A DNA stretch of 64,000 bases from Candidatus Latescibacterota bacterium (GTDB lineage: Bacteria; Latescibacterota; UBA2968; SICM01), in contig CBDCJO010000002.1 of assembly GCA_965217865.1 (NCBI GenBank), forward strand, positions 4,928,001-4,992,000. Reading direction: 5' to 3'. The notes below the pieces were generated by a model. That model was not told the DNA's origin. It worked only from the letters and a program-made list of their open reading frames with translations, and did no database searches. Shown here in pieces: positions 32,748 through 43,893 of the stretch. The position numbers and the translations under genes were made by a program. The number at the start of each line of letters is the position of its first letter. Position 1 is the stretch's first letter.

Positions 32748-34367
32748 ATGAAACTGCGACTGTCGCAAGCACACCTCGCCGCGGTGAATCGACGCCGACG
32801 GGTGATTGTCAATTTCGACACCGGTTTCGGAGCTCCCTCTGTGGTCAGTCCGTTGGCTGGCATGGATATAGAACGCCTGGTGAAGCAATACTTCAGCATG
32901 ATCGATGAACAGGGCGTGGAGATGGACAGCATCTGGTGGTGTTGGCTCGACGGAAATTACGCCAATTATCCAAGTCAGATTCTACCGATTTGGGAGCTGC
33001 CCGGATTCAAGGCATGGTGGGATGCTGGAATCGACCCGGTCCGGGTCTTTGCTGAAGAGACCAGCAAGCGAGGCAAGGAGGTGTTCTTTTCCTACCGGCT
33101 AAACGGAACCGACATGACCAGCATAGAGCCATTGAGCAAGCCGTTGTTGAAAGAAGCCCACCCCGAGTGGCTCCTCCATACGTGGGAGGCTTATGGAAAC
33201 CCAGGTTACTGGAACTTCGCGGTGCAGGGCGTGCGCGACTACAAGGTGAGCATTTTGCGTGAAGTCGCGGAAAACTACGACTACGACGGTATCGAGATCG
33301 ACTTTGCCAGAGTGCCCGTGACACTTCCGCCAGGACATCAATGGGAAAACTGCGAGTATTTGACCGGATTCATGCGTGCGGTGCGGGCGATGACGCTGGA
33401 AATTGAAGAGAACCGGGCCCGACCGTTTCTGATCGCGGCCCGGGTACCGGAAACCCTCGAGGGGTGCCACTTTGATGGGATGGATGTCGAAACCTGGGCC
33501 CGTGAGCAACTGGTAGACCTCTTCGTATTGGGGAATCGGTCCTTTGACGTAGACACCGCCGCTTTTCGTCGAATCACAGCGGGGACTGAGATTAAGCTCT
33601 ATCCGTGCATCGATGACCATCACGCCACGGACGGGTATTTGCACCCGCCCATCGAGGTTTTCCGCGGTGTATTTGCGAACTGGTGGCACCAGGGGGCAGA
33701 CGGCATCCAGACGTTCAACTTCACCAACGAGACCCCAGCCGACCCCGACCTCGTATGGGCGACTCACCGTCAGGCATATCGGGAAATGGCCAGCCCGGAG
33801 GGACTCAAACACAAGGACAAGACCTTTGTCCTCCAGCGCCGTGGTGGTGGCCATGGTCCAACCGTTGTGCCGAATCCGGAGGACTGGACCACACCCAGAT
33901 GGATGTACTACCTCACCAACATGTTGGCTCCGCTGCCGGCCAAGCTAGCCAACGATGGCAAAGGGGACACCCTGTTGAAGGTCCACGTCGCCGACGATCT
34001 GGCGAGCGAAGCCAAGGGCGTTGAGCGAATCACCGTTCGCCTTCTGCTGTCCGATTCAGCAGCGGAAGGTCTCCCGGCGAATGAGCGGCTTCAGACCGTC
34101 ACGGTGGCGACCCAAGCGCATACCCTGCAAAACATCCCGCCGGCAAAAGGCATTGCAGATCAAATCGAGTTAAGACTCAACAATGCGCGCCTCGGTCGCC
34201 CGGTCGTGGACGAGGGGTGGCTGGTCTTCACAGCGCAACCCAATCAATTTGCTGTGGGCAACAATCTGGTCGGGTTGCGCGTCACTGAGCGTTCGTTGGA
34301 CGCCCGAGACGAGATCTTGATTGAAAAGCTCGAAGTCCATGTGAAGTACCGGTTTGACGGTCAGTAG
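32748..34367 (+). CDS. GHL10/DUF187-like glycoside-hydrolase-like protein
   Basis: SYRLN, WNFAVQGVRDY, YDYDGIEIDFAR, GADGIQTFNF. Confidence 0.7.
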   Translation: MKLRLSQAHLAAVNRRRRVIVNFDTGFGAPSVVSPLAGMDIERLVKQYFSMIDEQGVEMDSIWWCWLDGNYANYPSQILPIWELPGFKAWWDAGIDPVRVFAEETSKRGKEVFFSYRLNGTDMTSIEPLSKPLLKEAHPEWLLHTWEAYGNPGYWNFAVQGVRDYKVSILREVAENYDYDGIEIDFARVPVTLPPGHQWENCEYLTGFMRAVRAMTLEIEENRARPFLIAARVPETLEGCHFDGMDVETWAREQLVDLFVLGNRSFDVDTAAFRRITAGTEIKLYPCIDDHHATDGYLHPPIEVFRGVFANWWHQGADGIQTFNFTNETPADPDLVWATHRQAYREMASPEGLKHKDKTFVLQRRGGGHGPTVVPNPEDWTTPRWMYYLTNMLAPLPAKLANDGKGDTLLKVHVADDLASEAKGVERITVRLLLSDSAAEGLPANERLQTVTVATQAHTLQNIPPAKGIADQIELRLNNARLGRPVVDEGWLVFTAQPNQFAVGNNLVGLRVTERSLDARDEILIEKLEVHVKYRFDGQ

Positions 34368-34398
34368 CGAACAAGCCGGAACGTTGGTTTAGGAACTA

Positions 34399-34453
34399 TT
34401 TCAACACAATGCATCGGATCGCTTCGCGCCTGATGATTGTGAAGCCGTTGTGT
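34399..34453 (+). other. Short attC-like site
   Basis: TTTCAAC-ACAATGCATC...GATGATTGT-GAAGCC-GTTGTGT. Confidence 0.6.
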
Positions 34454-34501
34454 TTTTTTGAAGTGCAGTAAAAGTTAAATTTCAACAAAGGAGAAACGCA
34501 A

Positions 34502-34825
34502 ATGCCTCAATACGTTATTGTTTATCTAGGCGGCGATCAGCCATCTAGCCCAGAGGAAGGTAAGCAACATTTTTCGAAATATATGGATTGGTTATCTTCA
34601 TTGGGCGACTCAGCTGTTAGTCCTGCTAATCCGCTTAAGAATACGAGCACAGTAAACTTTGATGGTACTGTTACCACTGGAGGCACAACGACAATGTCTG
34701 GTTACACTATAATTGAAGCGGATTCTATGGAGGCGGCACTGTCGATTGCTAAGGCTTGCCCTTTTCTTGATATTGGCGGTTCACTTGAGGTGTCAGAGTT
34801 AGTAGAGATGCCAAGCCAAAAATAA
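34502..34825 (+). CDS. YciI-like protein (gene cassette)
   Basis: W..WL..LG, SGYTIIEADSMEAA..IAKACP; lower GC; flanked by att sites. Confidence 0.85.
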   Translation: MPQYVIVYLGGDQPSSPEEGKQHFSKYMDWLSSLGDSAVSPANPLKNTSTVNFDGTVTTGGTTTMSGYTIIEADSMEAALSIAKACPFLDIGGSLEVSELVEMPSQK

Positions 34826-34912
34826 ACATAACAATCGCATTCACTCGGACCGCAAAAAGCGCCGCTCGTGCCTCGCTGTGCTTTTGGCATCCGGTGATGC
34901 GAAGCGTTATGC
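34826..34912 (+). other. attC site
   Basis: ACATAAC AATCGCATTCACTCGGA...TCCGGTGATGCGAAGC GTTATGC immediately after the stop codon. Confidence 0.9.
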
Positions 34913-35095
34913 GGCTTTAACGCAGTTGGATCATCCTCCATCACGTGTTCTTGAAGGACGAATACGTCCAGGATCTGATTCACCGAATTGGTCTACCAAA
35001 CGACGACAATCATGTAATCGCCCCCACGGCTCTCAGGAAGTCCAAAGTCGCGTTTGCGTTCAAAGTCGTCAAACTCAACCGATTGAAACCGCCAT

Positions 35096-35884
35096 ATGAA
35101 TCTTCAGGACCTACGCCGGCAATATCAGGAAGACGGCTACGTCATTACACCCGCTCCGGTGGTGTCTCCGGATCTGCTGCAACGCGCAAACGAGCATATG
35201 GACGCGATCATCGCCGGCGACTACGAAACCGGTGTCGAGCCGAGGACAAATGCTGTCGATCTTTCGGACCCGACCAAGCTGATCAAGATCGATCGCCCCG
35301 AGACGGTTGACCGGACGATTGCCGAACTGGTCAGCCTGCGGGCAATCGGCAAGTTGATCGCCGACATCCTGGACGCCGAGATGGTGCAATGCTGGGCCGT
35401 GCAGCTCCTGAAGAAACCGCCGGGTGGCACGACAGCCGGGAACGTCGGTTGGCATCAGGATTTTCAATACTGGCAGGACTGGTGGACGCCGGACAGCGAG
35501 ATCTTTACGGCCTGGATCGCGACAACCGACGTCGACGAATCAATGGGGCCGATGATTTTCCTGCGCGGTTCGCACCGCTGGGGTTTCCTGAATGAAGGCA
35601 ACTTCTTTTCGACGGACATCGAGACCCAGCTCGAGAATCTGGAGCAAGGCCGGGATCAGGAGGCGAAACAGGTATCCGCGGTGATGCCCGCCGGCGCTTT
35701 CAGCATGCACCACCGCCACACCTATCATGGCAGCGGCCCGAATCAATCCGAACGCCCGCGGCGGAGCTTCGCGGTGCACCTGCGGACGGAGAAGTCAGTG
35801 CCGCAACCCGGCTGTGATCATGAATATGTGGCGCACCTGGACGATGAGGTGGTCTGTCCGCTGCTGTACCGGCGGAGTGGGTGA
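35096..35884 (+). CDS. Phytanoyl-CoA dioxygenase (PhyH) family protein
   Basis: WHQD, TAWIA, GSHRW, HGSGPN..RR. Confidence 0.9.
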   Translation: MNLQDLRRQYQEDGYVITPAPVVSPDLLQRANEHMDAIIAGDYETGVEPRTNAVDLSDPTKLIKIDRPETVDRTIAELVSLRAIGKLIADILDAEMVQCWAVQLLKKPPGGTTAGNVGWHQDFQYWQDWWTPDSEIFTAWIATTDVDESMGPMIFLRGSHRWGFLNEGNFFSTDIETQLENLEQGRDQEAKQVSAVMPAGAFSMHHRHTYHGSGPNQSERPRRSFAVHLRTEKSVPQPGCDHEYVAHLDDEVVCPLLYRRSG

Positions 35885-36025
35885 AATAGAAAATACAGAT
35901 GCCCTGCTGACTTGCCACCACGGGAGTGAACCGTGTGAGCTTCCGCTATATGTGATATACAGGCGGCGAATACGGAGCAGCCAGCGAAGAAAGCTAACGA
36001 ACAACTCAGCGAGAGGGACGCTACA

Positions 36026-36583
36026 GTGATGGAACGAGACACCGAACAGAAGATCACTCACCACCTTGAAATGTCGAGCCGCAATGATCTTCGACCGTCT
36101 GAGCGTACAACAGCCGAATTCGAAGTCAAACGTGTCGAGATAGCATGTCCCGAATTCAATTGGTTCCTGCACCAGGCCGTGGGGCCCGAATTCCGATGGG
36201 GAGGCCGTGACGATTGGGGCCGTCAAGAGTGGACTGAGTACGTGGATCGGCCGGAGCTGGAGACGTGGGTCGCTTACGTGGCGGGAACTCCGGCCGGCTA
36301 CTATGAACTCCAAAAAGAAGACGACAGCAGCGTGCAGATCAAGTGCTTTGGTTTGCGCAAACAGTTCTTCGGCCAGGGACTGGGCGGTTCCCTGTTGATC
36401 AAGGCGGCTGGGCGGTGTTGGGAGATGGGCGCCAACCGCGTTTGGCTGACGACGTGCAACCACGATCATCCGCACGCCCTGCAGAACTACCTTGCCCGCG
36501 GGTTCAAGCTTGTCAAAGAAACGACCAGTCCACCCAACCAACCGCGCGAATCGGCGCTTTTCGCGCCACCCAGGAAGCCGTGA
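36026..36583 (+). CDS. GNAT acetyltransferase
   Basis: FGLRKQFFGQGLG, VWLTTC..DHPHALQNY..RGF. Confidence 0.88.
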   Translation: MMERDTEQKITHHLEMSSRNDLRPSERTTAEFEVKRVEIACPEFNWFLHQAVGPEFRWGGRDDWGRQEWTEYVDRPELETWVAYVAGTPAGYYELQKEDDSSVQIKCFGLRKQFFGQGLGGSLLIKAAGRCWEMGANRVWLTTCNHDHPHALQNYLARGFKLVKETTSPPNQPRESALFAPPRKP

Positions 36584-36611
36584 TATGATGTGTGACCCTC
36601 GACCACATGGC

Positions 36612-37202
36612 ATGATGTCGTTTTCGTCCTTACTGGTTGAGGTTCGGGCTTGCACCATATGCGAGGCTCACTTGCCGCTCGGTCCCCGTCCTGTCCTTCA
36701 GTTGCACTCGAAGGCAAGGGTTCTGATTGCGGCGCAAGCACCGGGTAGAAAGGTTCACGACTCAGGCGTGCCGTTCGATGACGCCAGCGGAAATCGCTTG
36801 CGCGAGTGGCTGGATGTGACCCGCGAAGTGTTCTACGACCCGGAGCAGATCGCGATTCTTCCGATGGGCTTCTGCTTTCCCGGTTCAGGAAGGCAGGGAG
36901 ACCTTCCGCCACGACCCGAGTGTGCGCCTGCTTGGCGCAAACAGCTTCTTGGGCAGCTTCGCCACTTGGAGGTCACCTTGGTGCTCGGGCAGTACGCGCA
37001 GGCGTACCACTTTGGTGAAGCGAGTTCGTCCCTAACCGAACGGGTGAAGTCGTGGCGTACCTATTGGCCACACAGGGTTCCGCTTCCACACCCCAGCCCG
37101 AGAAACAACCTTTGGCTGCGCAGGAATCCGTGGTTCGAGGTCGAACTCCTCCCGTCGCTTCGAAAACGTGTGTCAGAGGTTCTTACACGTAAGCATGCTT
37201 AA
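36612..37202 (+). CDS. Uracil-DNA glycosylase superfamily protein
   Basis: [31 protein letters not shown]. Confidence 0.9.
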   Translation: MMSFSSLLVEVRACTICEAHLPLGPRPVLQLHSKARVLIAAQAPGRKVHDSGVPFDDASGNRLREWLDVTREVFYDPEQIAILPMGFCFPGSGRQGDLPPRPECAPAWRKQLLGQLRHLEVTLVLGQYAQAYHFGEASSSLTERVKSWRTYWPHRVPLPHPSPRNNLWLRRNPWFEVELLPSLRKRVSEVLTRKHA

Positions 37203-37217
37203 CAACAGCATACAACC
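37197..37217 (+). other. Truncated attC (left arm only)
   Basis: GCTTAAC AACAGCATACAACC overlapping the stop codon; no R' found. Confidence 0.45.
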
Positions 37218-37231
37218 TTGGAGAATTATTT

Positions 37232-38239
37232 ATGAAAGCAATTGTACACACAAAATATGGACCACCGGATGTTCTTCAGCTCAAAGAAGTAGAAAAACCG
37301 ACTCCCAAGGACAATGAAATACTGGTAAAAATATATGCGGCAACAGTAACATCAGGGGACTGGAGAATGCGAAAGGCTGACCCATTTGCTATAAGATTTT
37401 TCAATGGTCTCAGAACACCCCAAAAAACTATACTAGGGCATGAGCTAGCCGGGGAAATTGAATCAGTGGGCAAAGCTGTAAGACTATTTAGGAAAGATGA
37501 CCAAGTTTTTGGAACTACCACCGGGTTGAGTTTTGGTTCTTATGCCGAGTACATATATCTGCCTGAAGAACATTTATCCACAGATAAACTGCTTGAAAAT
37601 AACATGGTGGCAATAAAACCGACCAATATGACCTATGAGGAAGCCGCCGCCGTTCCTATTGGGGGAAATACAGCATTGCATTTTCTTAGAAAAGGAAATA
37701 TCCAGAGGGGACAAAAAGTTCTTATCTATGGAGCTTCTGGAAGTATAGGTACTTCTGCGGTACAGCTTGCCAAGTACTTTGGGGCAGAAGTTACCGGGGT
37801 ATGCAGTACCACGAATTTAGAATTGGTGAAATCTCTGGGAGCCGATAAAGTAATTGATTACACCAAAGAGGATTTTAGCAAAAGCGCTGAAACGTATGAC
37901 ATTATTTTTGACACGGTTGGCAAGAGTTCGTTTTCAGGTTGTAAAAGATCGCTAAAGAAAAAAGGTTTCTATCCTAGAGCTGTCCACATGTCGCTGTCAC
38001 CGATTGTTCGAGGGATATGGACTTCAATGACAAGCAGCAAGAAAGTAATAGGTGGGATAGCAACCGAGCGTAAAGAAGATTTAATTTTCCTAAAAGAGCT
38101 TATTGAGGCGGGGAAGATTAAATCAGTCATTGATAGACGCTATCCGTTGGAGCAAGTTGCCGAGGCGCATAGCTATGTTGAAAAAGGGCACAAAAAAGGA
38201 AATGTAGTCATAACTGTGGAACATAATAACAAAACCTAA
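37232..38239 (+). CDS. NAD(P)-dependent alcohol dehydrogenase / quinone oxidoreductase (MDR family), AT-rich cassette
   Basis: [32 protein letters not shown]. Confidence 0.9.
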   Translation: MKAIVHTKYGPPDVLQLKEVEKPTPKDNEILVKIYAATVTSGDWRMRKADPFAIRFFNGLRTPQKTILGHELAGEIESVGKAVRLFRKDDQVFGTTTGLSFGSYAEYIYLPEEHLSTDKLLENNMVAIKPTNMTYEEAAAVPIGGNTALHFLRKGNIQRGQKVLIYGASGSIGTSAVQLAKYFGAEVTGVCSTTNLELVKSLGADKVIDYTKEDFSKSAETYDIIFDTVGKSSFSGCKRSLKKKGFYPRAVHMSLSPIVRGIWTSMTSSKKVIGGIATERKEDLIFLKELIEAGKIKSVIDRRYPLEQVAEAHSYVEKGHKKGNVVITVEHNNKT

Positions 38240-38305
38240 CATAGCGCTGCACCCGACCGCTATTCCGCGGCGCTTCATAGCGGCAGGTGAGCTTGGCCGT
38301 TGGCC
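38234..38305 (+). other. attC site
   Basis: ACCTAAC ATAGCGCTGCACCCGACCGCTAT...ATAGCGGCAGGTGAGCTTGGCC GTTGGCC. Confidence 0.9.
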
Positions 38306-38406
38306 TGTCCAATCTTGAAGTCGCCAATCCCACGGAGGCGCTGACACGCGGCGAAGCCTGTCACGGCAGCTTAAGCATCAAAGTATTCTATGATCGAAGG
38401 AACCCC

Positions 38407-40002
38407 ATGTACGTTCATCCAAGATCCGTGGCACACAAAGTGTTTACCGTCTGGCGAAGTCCCGGCCGATTTACCAAAAACCCGGACATCATCCGACTGA
38501 AATCCGGCCGTCTCCTCCTCGTCTACTCCGACACCGAAGCACACTGGGGAGAAACAACGCAGATTCTCACGATCCTGTACAGTGAGGACGACGGGCGAAC
38601 GTGGGACAGATTGAGCGAAGTGGCAACCGCTGACCTAAGCAAAGGTGAGGAACGCCTGGTCACTCCACGGATCAGCCTGCTCAGCAACGACCGGATTGCC
38701 GTCATCTGCGACCACGACGATTTCAGCCACTTTCACGAAGATCAACCGCCCGGCAATTGGATCTGGTGGAGCATCGATGAGGGCAAAACCTGGGACGGCC
38801 CGTACAAACCAAACATCATGGGCTTTGAACCCGACCGGATGATGGAACTGCCAGACGGACGCCTCGCAGTGTGCTCGCATATTATGTTGCGCGAAAGCCA
38901 GGAAATCGCCGAAATCATGACCCTCTCAACAGACAGCGGCAAAACCTGGGGCAATCGGACCATCGTTGCACACGATGGTTATCACCGGTTTTGTGAAGGA
39001 GCCCTCGTGGTCCTTAACGGCGGAAAAGAACTGGCCTGCGTTATGCGCGAAAATCACTCGGGCGGCATTCCCAGCTTTGCCACCTTTTCTCAGGACAACG
39101 GTCAAACCTGGAGAGATCCGCAAATGTGTCCTTTTGCGCTACACCGTCCCTACGTAAAGCAACTCGGCGACGGCCGGTGTATGGTCACCGGGCGCCAAGT
39201 AAACGGCGGCCTGGGGAGTTACGCCTGGATCGGAGACTTGAAAAAAGAGGCGGGAACCTACGCAATCGGGGGTCCCCGCAGAAAATACAGCGCAACATTA
39301 AGAAACGGAGCACTCACCGTTGAAAACAGACCCGAGCACGAATGCCGCTACAGCCTGCTGCCACCCCAGGATCGATTCAGCACAGTTGACTTCGAAGCTG
39401 AAATGAAGGTGGAAGGCCCTCCAGGAGAACCGGCCGCATTTATGTCCTGCGGAAGCATTGGGGCCCTTCTCCACATCGGTTCCGATTTCATGGCCCTTGG
39501 CGAAGGGCAGCGCACTGACTTCCACAGAAGAGTCGATTTTTCTCGCCTGAGAAGCGTTGCCATCCGGCACAAAGGCGGATTGATGCGGGTGCAAGTAGAC
39601 GGCGAGGACTTGATCTATCTCAATGTCTTTCGTGGAGAAACCGAAATCTCAGATCCCCGGACCGCTCGGCCGGATATGCGCACCATGTTCGGCCAGTGGG
39701 GCAACACAGGTACGAGTACCTGGACTACCGTTTCCTTCTCGTCCCAAAACAAAACGCTTGAAGACTGGTCCTGGAACTGGTCTGCTGCATCCGGCGATTA
39801 CCCCGACCAGTATCAACGCAACCGCATGGTACAGATCCACGCCAATCACCCCGATCAGAAACCCAACCCGGATCACGGTTATTCCTCCTGGCTCACACTG
39901 CCTGACGGTCGAATTATTCTGGTCGATTACACCAATTGTGGAGACGCACCCGGGAAAAGCCATATCGTTGGGGTTCACCTCACCTGCGAAGATATTGCGT
40001 AA
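38407..40002 (+). CDS. BNR/Asp-box (sialidase-like) protein
   Basis: Four Asp boxes: SEDDGRTW, SIDEGKTW, STDSGKTW, SQDNGQTW. Confidence 0.82.
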   Translation: MYVHPRSVAHKVFTVWRSPGRFTKNPDIIRLKSGRLLLVYSDTEAHWGETTQILTILYSEDDGRTWDRLSEVATADLSKGEERLVTPRISLLSNDRIAVICDHDDFSHFHEDQPPGNWIWWSIDEGKTWDGPYKPNIMGFEPDRMMELPDGRLAVCSHIMLRESQEIAEIMTLSTDSGKTWGNRTIVAHDGYHRFCEGALVVLNGGKELACVMRENHSGGIPSFATFSQDNGQTWRDPQMCPFALHRPYVKQLGDGRCMVTGRQVNGGLGSYAWIGDLKKEAGTYAIGGPRRKYSATLRNGALTVENRPEHECRYSLLPPQDRFSTVDFEAEMKVEGPPGEPAAFMSCGSIGALLHIGSDFMALGEGQRTDFHRRVDFSRLRSVAIRHKGGLMRVQVDGEDLIYLNVFRGETEISDPRTARPDMRTMFGQWGNTGTSTWTTVSFSSQNKTLEDWSWNWSAASGDYPDQYQRNRMVQIHANHPDQKPNPDHGYSSWLTLPDGRIILVDYTNCGDAPGKSHIVGVHLTCEDIA

Positions 40003-40404
40003 AAGGAGGAGGCCAACCAGGAGGAACAGCGGGTGGCTTCGTATTCAACGCCGAACCAAGGCTGGGAAGAGCCACCGGTCCTCAGCCACGCCAGCCAAGA
40101 AGATGGATCGAAACGATTCCTTCGCCGGCATGCAGTGCCCGGCCTGTCAGGCGGGGGTCTATAGACCGTTTGTGCTGGAGGTGCACTGAAAGGGAAATCT
40201 AGCCCTGGATTCAGCACGTCAATCCCGTTTGGAAGGGACCGATGGAACGTATGGAGGCTGCCGTTGCCGCTTGGCGTGGGCAGATGTGTCAAGAAGCCCT
40301 CATACAGGACGATCCCGAAGCCATGGAGAGATTCATAGTCGAGGGCATTGGTCCATCGACAGAGGATGGAGACTCGTCGAACAAAAGAGCAGATTGGCAT
40401 GTCC

Positions 40405-40460
40405 ATCTAACAAGAGCATGCACCAGACACCTTCGGTGCACTTGATGCGAGTCGTTGTGC
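40405..40460 (+). other. Short attC site
   Basis: ATCTAAC AAGAGCATGCA...TGATGCGAGTC GTTGTGC. Confidence 0.7.
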
Positions 40461-41275
40461 AACAAATTCCTGTAATTACTCTTGATATAGCTAACCGAAT
40501 TGAACGTAGTGTTGCAGAATTCTACGGTGGTGATTTTTACAACCGATGCAAAAATATTGAAGTGGAGAATTTTGGTAATTCTATAGCTGTCAAAATTCCG
40601 TCAAAGCCTTGGCGAAGCGGTATTTTTTGTTTCTCAGATCAGGATGTAAAATACTTAAAGGATATTGTTGAATTTTTTCGAGTAGATTACCCAAATTTCA
40701 ATTTCTATCTGTCACCCATGGGGTATACTAAAACTGTCGGTCAACTATTGATTGAGGCGGGACTTATCCCGACTTCAAACTCCCAAACCATATTCTATGG
40801 CGTACCATCTGATACGTTAGATACTTTAAATCAAGACGTGATCGTGGAACCTGCGTCTTTGAAAACAATTGACAGCTATATAGAAACTCAAATTACTGGA
40901 TTCGAATATCGCTCTGATTGGCGTGATGCCATTAAGGCTGAAATCACAGAATGGTTTAGTGCTGATGGTTTTAATCCTTATTTAGTACTCTATAGGGGTG
41001 AGCCCGCTGGTTCGGCATATCTTATGGCTCGTGGAGGAATCGGATATTTTGCAGATGACGCAGTTGTACCAAAGTTTCGTGGGAAGGGATTACATTTAGC
41101 TTTACTCAATTACCGGTTAAGTGCTGCCAACAATCTGGACTCCGAATTGGTAATTAGCGGAGCTGACTTTGGATCTACAAGTTTTCGGAATCATCTTCGC
41201 GTTGGATTTAGGCAAGCATACATTGAGACAACCTGGCAAAAAGTAACCAATGAAAGAATGAAAACCAGTCGCTGA
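40457..41275 (+). CDS. GNAT acetyltransferase, AT-rich cassette
   Basis: VVPKFRGKGLHLALL, SFRNHLRVGF; probable GTG start right after the R' core. Confidence 0.78.
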   Translation: MQQIPVITLDIANRIERSVAEFYGGDFYNRCKNIEVENFGNSIAVKIPSKPWRSGIFCFSDQDVKYLKDIVEFFRVDYPNFNFYLSPMGYTKTVGQLLIEAGLIPTSNSQTIFYGVPSDTLDTLNQDVIVEPASLKTIDSYIETQITGFEYRSDWRDAIKAEITEWFSADGFNPYLVLYRGEPAGSAYLMARGGIGYFADDAVVPKFRGKGLHLALLNYRLSAANNLDSELVISGADFGSTSFRNHLRVGFRQAYIETTWQKVTNERMKTSR

Positions 41276-41334
41276 ACAGGATGTGAACCTCATTCGGCTG
41301 AATTTGAGGAGACCTGGTTCTCGTCGTGTTCGCG
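41271..41334 (+). other. attC-like site (GAAC/GTTC type)
   Basis: GCTGAAC...GTGAACC...GGTTC...GTTCGCG overlapping the stop codon. Confidence 0.5.
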
Positions 41335-41353
41335 CTAACAAAAACTCGGACCT

Positions 41354-41663
41354 ATGTCACGAAAACAACTTCCTAAGCATCTAATTCACACCTTCATTGA
41401 CCTCGCTCACTTGGATGATAAATTGCCCGAGCTAAAGCGGATGGCGAAGGAACATCCCACAATGTTGTGCAGCCTGGGGTGAAACGGGTACGAGTCGTTT
41501 GGGAGCAAACGAATACGAGAAGGCGGTGCTCAAGATTATTAAGCGTCTGTTCAAGGCAGGGGTCGATCCGAAGAAAACGTGTAAAGCTGGAAAGACAGCT
41601 CTGGACATCTGCGTTGAAAACGGTTTTGAAAAACGAGCTGACCTGATCCGGAGTTTAAGCTGA
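41354..41663 (+). pseudogene. Degraded ankyrin-like gene
   Basis: Frameshifted fragments containing LFKAGVDP..GKTALDI. Confidence 0.45.
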
Positions 41664-41928
41664 TGGGAAATTACAGTCATTTTTTAGAGAAATTGTGCCG
41701 CCTGTTCGTGACGTCTAGTCTGAGATAGACGTGTTGAACGCCTAACCAGACAGCTTACCCGCAAGGTATGCTTCATGAAATGGCCAGCATGAACGAAAGC
41801 CGACTCACGGATCTTGTCGCGTATTACGCCGCTCGGGCAAGTGAGTACGACAAGGTCTATTTGAAGCCTGGGCGGCAGCACCTAGTAGAGCGTGAATAAA
41901 GCCTTTAAGACCACACCCCAGAGGAGGA

Positions 41929-42312
41929 GTGAAACCTATAAGCAATGCACCGACCGAGGTGAACGAATATGACGCGATTGCCAAGACCGTCCAGCACTAT
42001 ATCGATGGAGCCAAGTCTGGCAGAGGCGCCGACATGAAGCCCGCCTTTCACAAGGACGCGACGATCTTCGGCTATGTCGGTACCGACCTGTTCGCCGGCC
42101 CCATCCATCAACTCTTTGACTGGAATGATCAGAACGGTCCGGCGACAGGGCTCCAAGCACGGATCGTCAGCATCGATATCATCGAAACGATCGCTACTGT
42201 GCGGCTGGAACTCGACAACTGGACCGGCAACCGGTTTACCGACCTGTTCACCATGCTAAAAGTCGACGGGGAGTGGAAGATCATGAATAAGGTCTTCCAT
42301 ACGCACCCCTAA
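41929..42312 (+). CDS. NTF2-like / lumazine-binding-2 family protein
   Basis: VQHYIDG, AFHKDA, FTDLFTMLKVDGEWKIMNKVF. Confidence 0.88.
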   Translation: MKPISNAPTEVNEYDAIAKTVQHYIDGAKSGRGADMKPAFHKDATIFGYVGTDLFAGPIHQLFDWNDQNGPATGLQARIVSIDIIETIATVRLELDNWTGNRFTDLFTMLKVDGEWKIMNKVFHTHP

Positions 42313-42439
42313 GGGATCAGCGAGCGAAGCGGTCTGGAAAGCGGACGGACTGCCTCAAAACAGCTTTATGAAACTGCTTTCGACCAATGATGGGTACGAG
42401 TAGTGGATCCGGCGGGAAGCAGCATTTCGGGATCACTAT

Positions 42440-42757
42440 TATGATATTTCCTGCCTGTCTTGACTCAGAGATATTCGTTTGCCTGTGATCGCTATATGGC
42501 GTTATATTGCAGGTTGTAAATGAGACAAATCAAATGCAGATCAAAGGCCGGCAGATCGGACGTGGAAAACATGTATCGTAGTTTTAGGGGATGATATGCA
42601 GACCCAGATATCACATCAAGATCAAGGAGATTACACAGTAGGAAAAGGTTTATAAACAAGCGGTTGGGTAATTAATTGCCCAATTGAGAATCATGATATG
42701 GACCGATCTGGCAGCGTTTGCAGTTGCTATACAGGTCTGTATTGTTAATAGTTGGCC
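42440..42757 (+). repeat. Conserved leader copy B ending in attI-like site
   Basis: Longest copy; TTGCCT-18bp-TATATT promoter-like motif; ends GTATTGT-TAATA-GTTGGCC. Confidence 0.7.
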
Positions 42758-42786
42758 ATTGAGCTACAAGGTATGGTACTTCAGGC

Positions 42787-43893
42787 ATGAATGGGTCGAT
42801 TTCGCCGCCTTCCAATCCTTCGATCGTGAACCTCAAGAAACAGGCCAAGAGGCTGCAGAGGCTGTGGAAAAAGCGGGATGCTGACACCGCGGCACGCATC
42901 CGCGTATCCCTTTTGAAGCATACGGATGCATCCGACGAACAGATCTGGGGGGCAAAGGCGCTCTTGACTGACTGCCAACTAGTAATTGCCCGTGAGGCTG
43001 GCTTTGAATCTTGGAAGACACTGAAGGCAGCAGTCGAATTGGGCTCTGTGGTGATAGAAGATCCCAATTTTGTGGACTTGTTTATGGATCGCGATGTTGA
43101 TGGCGCCAAGGCTCTGTTGCACCGACATTCAGAACTTGCGCAGCACAGTGACTATAAAATTCATCCATTGCTCCGAGAGTGTCTCCAACTTAACCGAGGG
43201 AGTTGTTACCGATACGAACATCAGATCATTGCTGACTTGTTGATTCCAGAACAGGTCCGTGCATTTCGAGACGCCGTCCTTCGTGATAGGGTCGAAGATG
43301 TTCGAGAACAACTTCGATTGGACCCGGATTTAGTAAACGCCGAATTTACTACCAATCACGGATTGACTCGGGCCATCGCTCAGTTTCATTCCCAAGAGAT
43401 GGGGCAACTTCTCCTGGATGCCGGTGCAGAGGTGAATTACCTGACAAAACACTTGTACCATGGCAACGTGGAAGGTGTCCGATTACTCCTCGAAAATGGC
43501 GCTGATCCAAATCAAGAGGGTGGGATCAAGTATATGCCGAGCCATGCTATGCCGGTCCTTGTACCACTCCTCCTAGATTACGGATGGGACATAAATGAAG
43601 GCAACGGTCAACGAACGCTAATGCACCACGACGCCAACCATGGACATGGAGAAAAGGTCCGAGTTCTCTTGGACAATGGAGCTGATCCCAATGTCACCGA
43701 CGGGAGACGTCGCACCGTCCTGCATTTATTCGCCGCTAAGGGTATTGGTGCCAGCGCGATTGGCGCACTAGTAAAGGCCGGTGCCGACATCAGTGCGCGT
43801 GATAATGAAGGCAACACGCCACTTGGCTTGGCGCGGATGGGCAAACGTCAAACGGCCGCACGGGTGCTCATTGAGCTAGGGGCAGAGGAATGA
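42787..43893 (+). CDS. Ankyrin-repeat protein
   Basis: LLDAGA, LLENGADPN, LLDNGADPN, GNTPLGLA; N-terminal NLKKQAKRL domain. Confidence 0.85.
   Translation: MNGSISPPSNPSIVNLKKQAKRLQRLWKKRDADTAARIRVSLLKHTDASDEQIWGAKALLTDCQLVIAREAGFESWKTLKAAVELGSVVIEDPNFVDLFMDRDVDGAKALLHRHSELAQHSDYKIHPLLRECLQLNRGSCYRYEHQIIADLLIPEQVRAFRDAVLRDRVEDVREQLRLDPDLVNAEFTTNHGLTRAIAQFHSQEMGQLLLDAGAEVNYLTKHLYHGNVEGVRLLLENGADPNQEGGIKYMPSHAMPVLVPLLLDYGWDINEGNGQRTLMHHDANHGHGEKVRVLLDNGADPNVTDGRRRTVLHLFAAKGIGASAIGALVKAGADISARDNEGNTPLGLARMGKRQTAARVLIELGAEE

Noticed and set aside
40229-40456. N-terminal extension of the GNAT ORF
   Set aside because: Reads through an attC site; GC shifts at about 40457, so the true start is likely there
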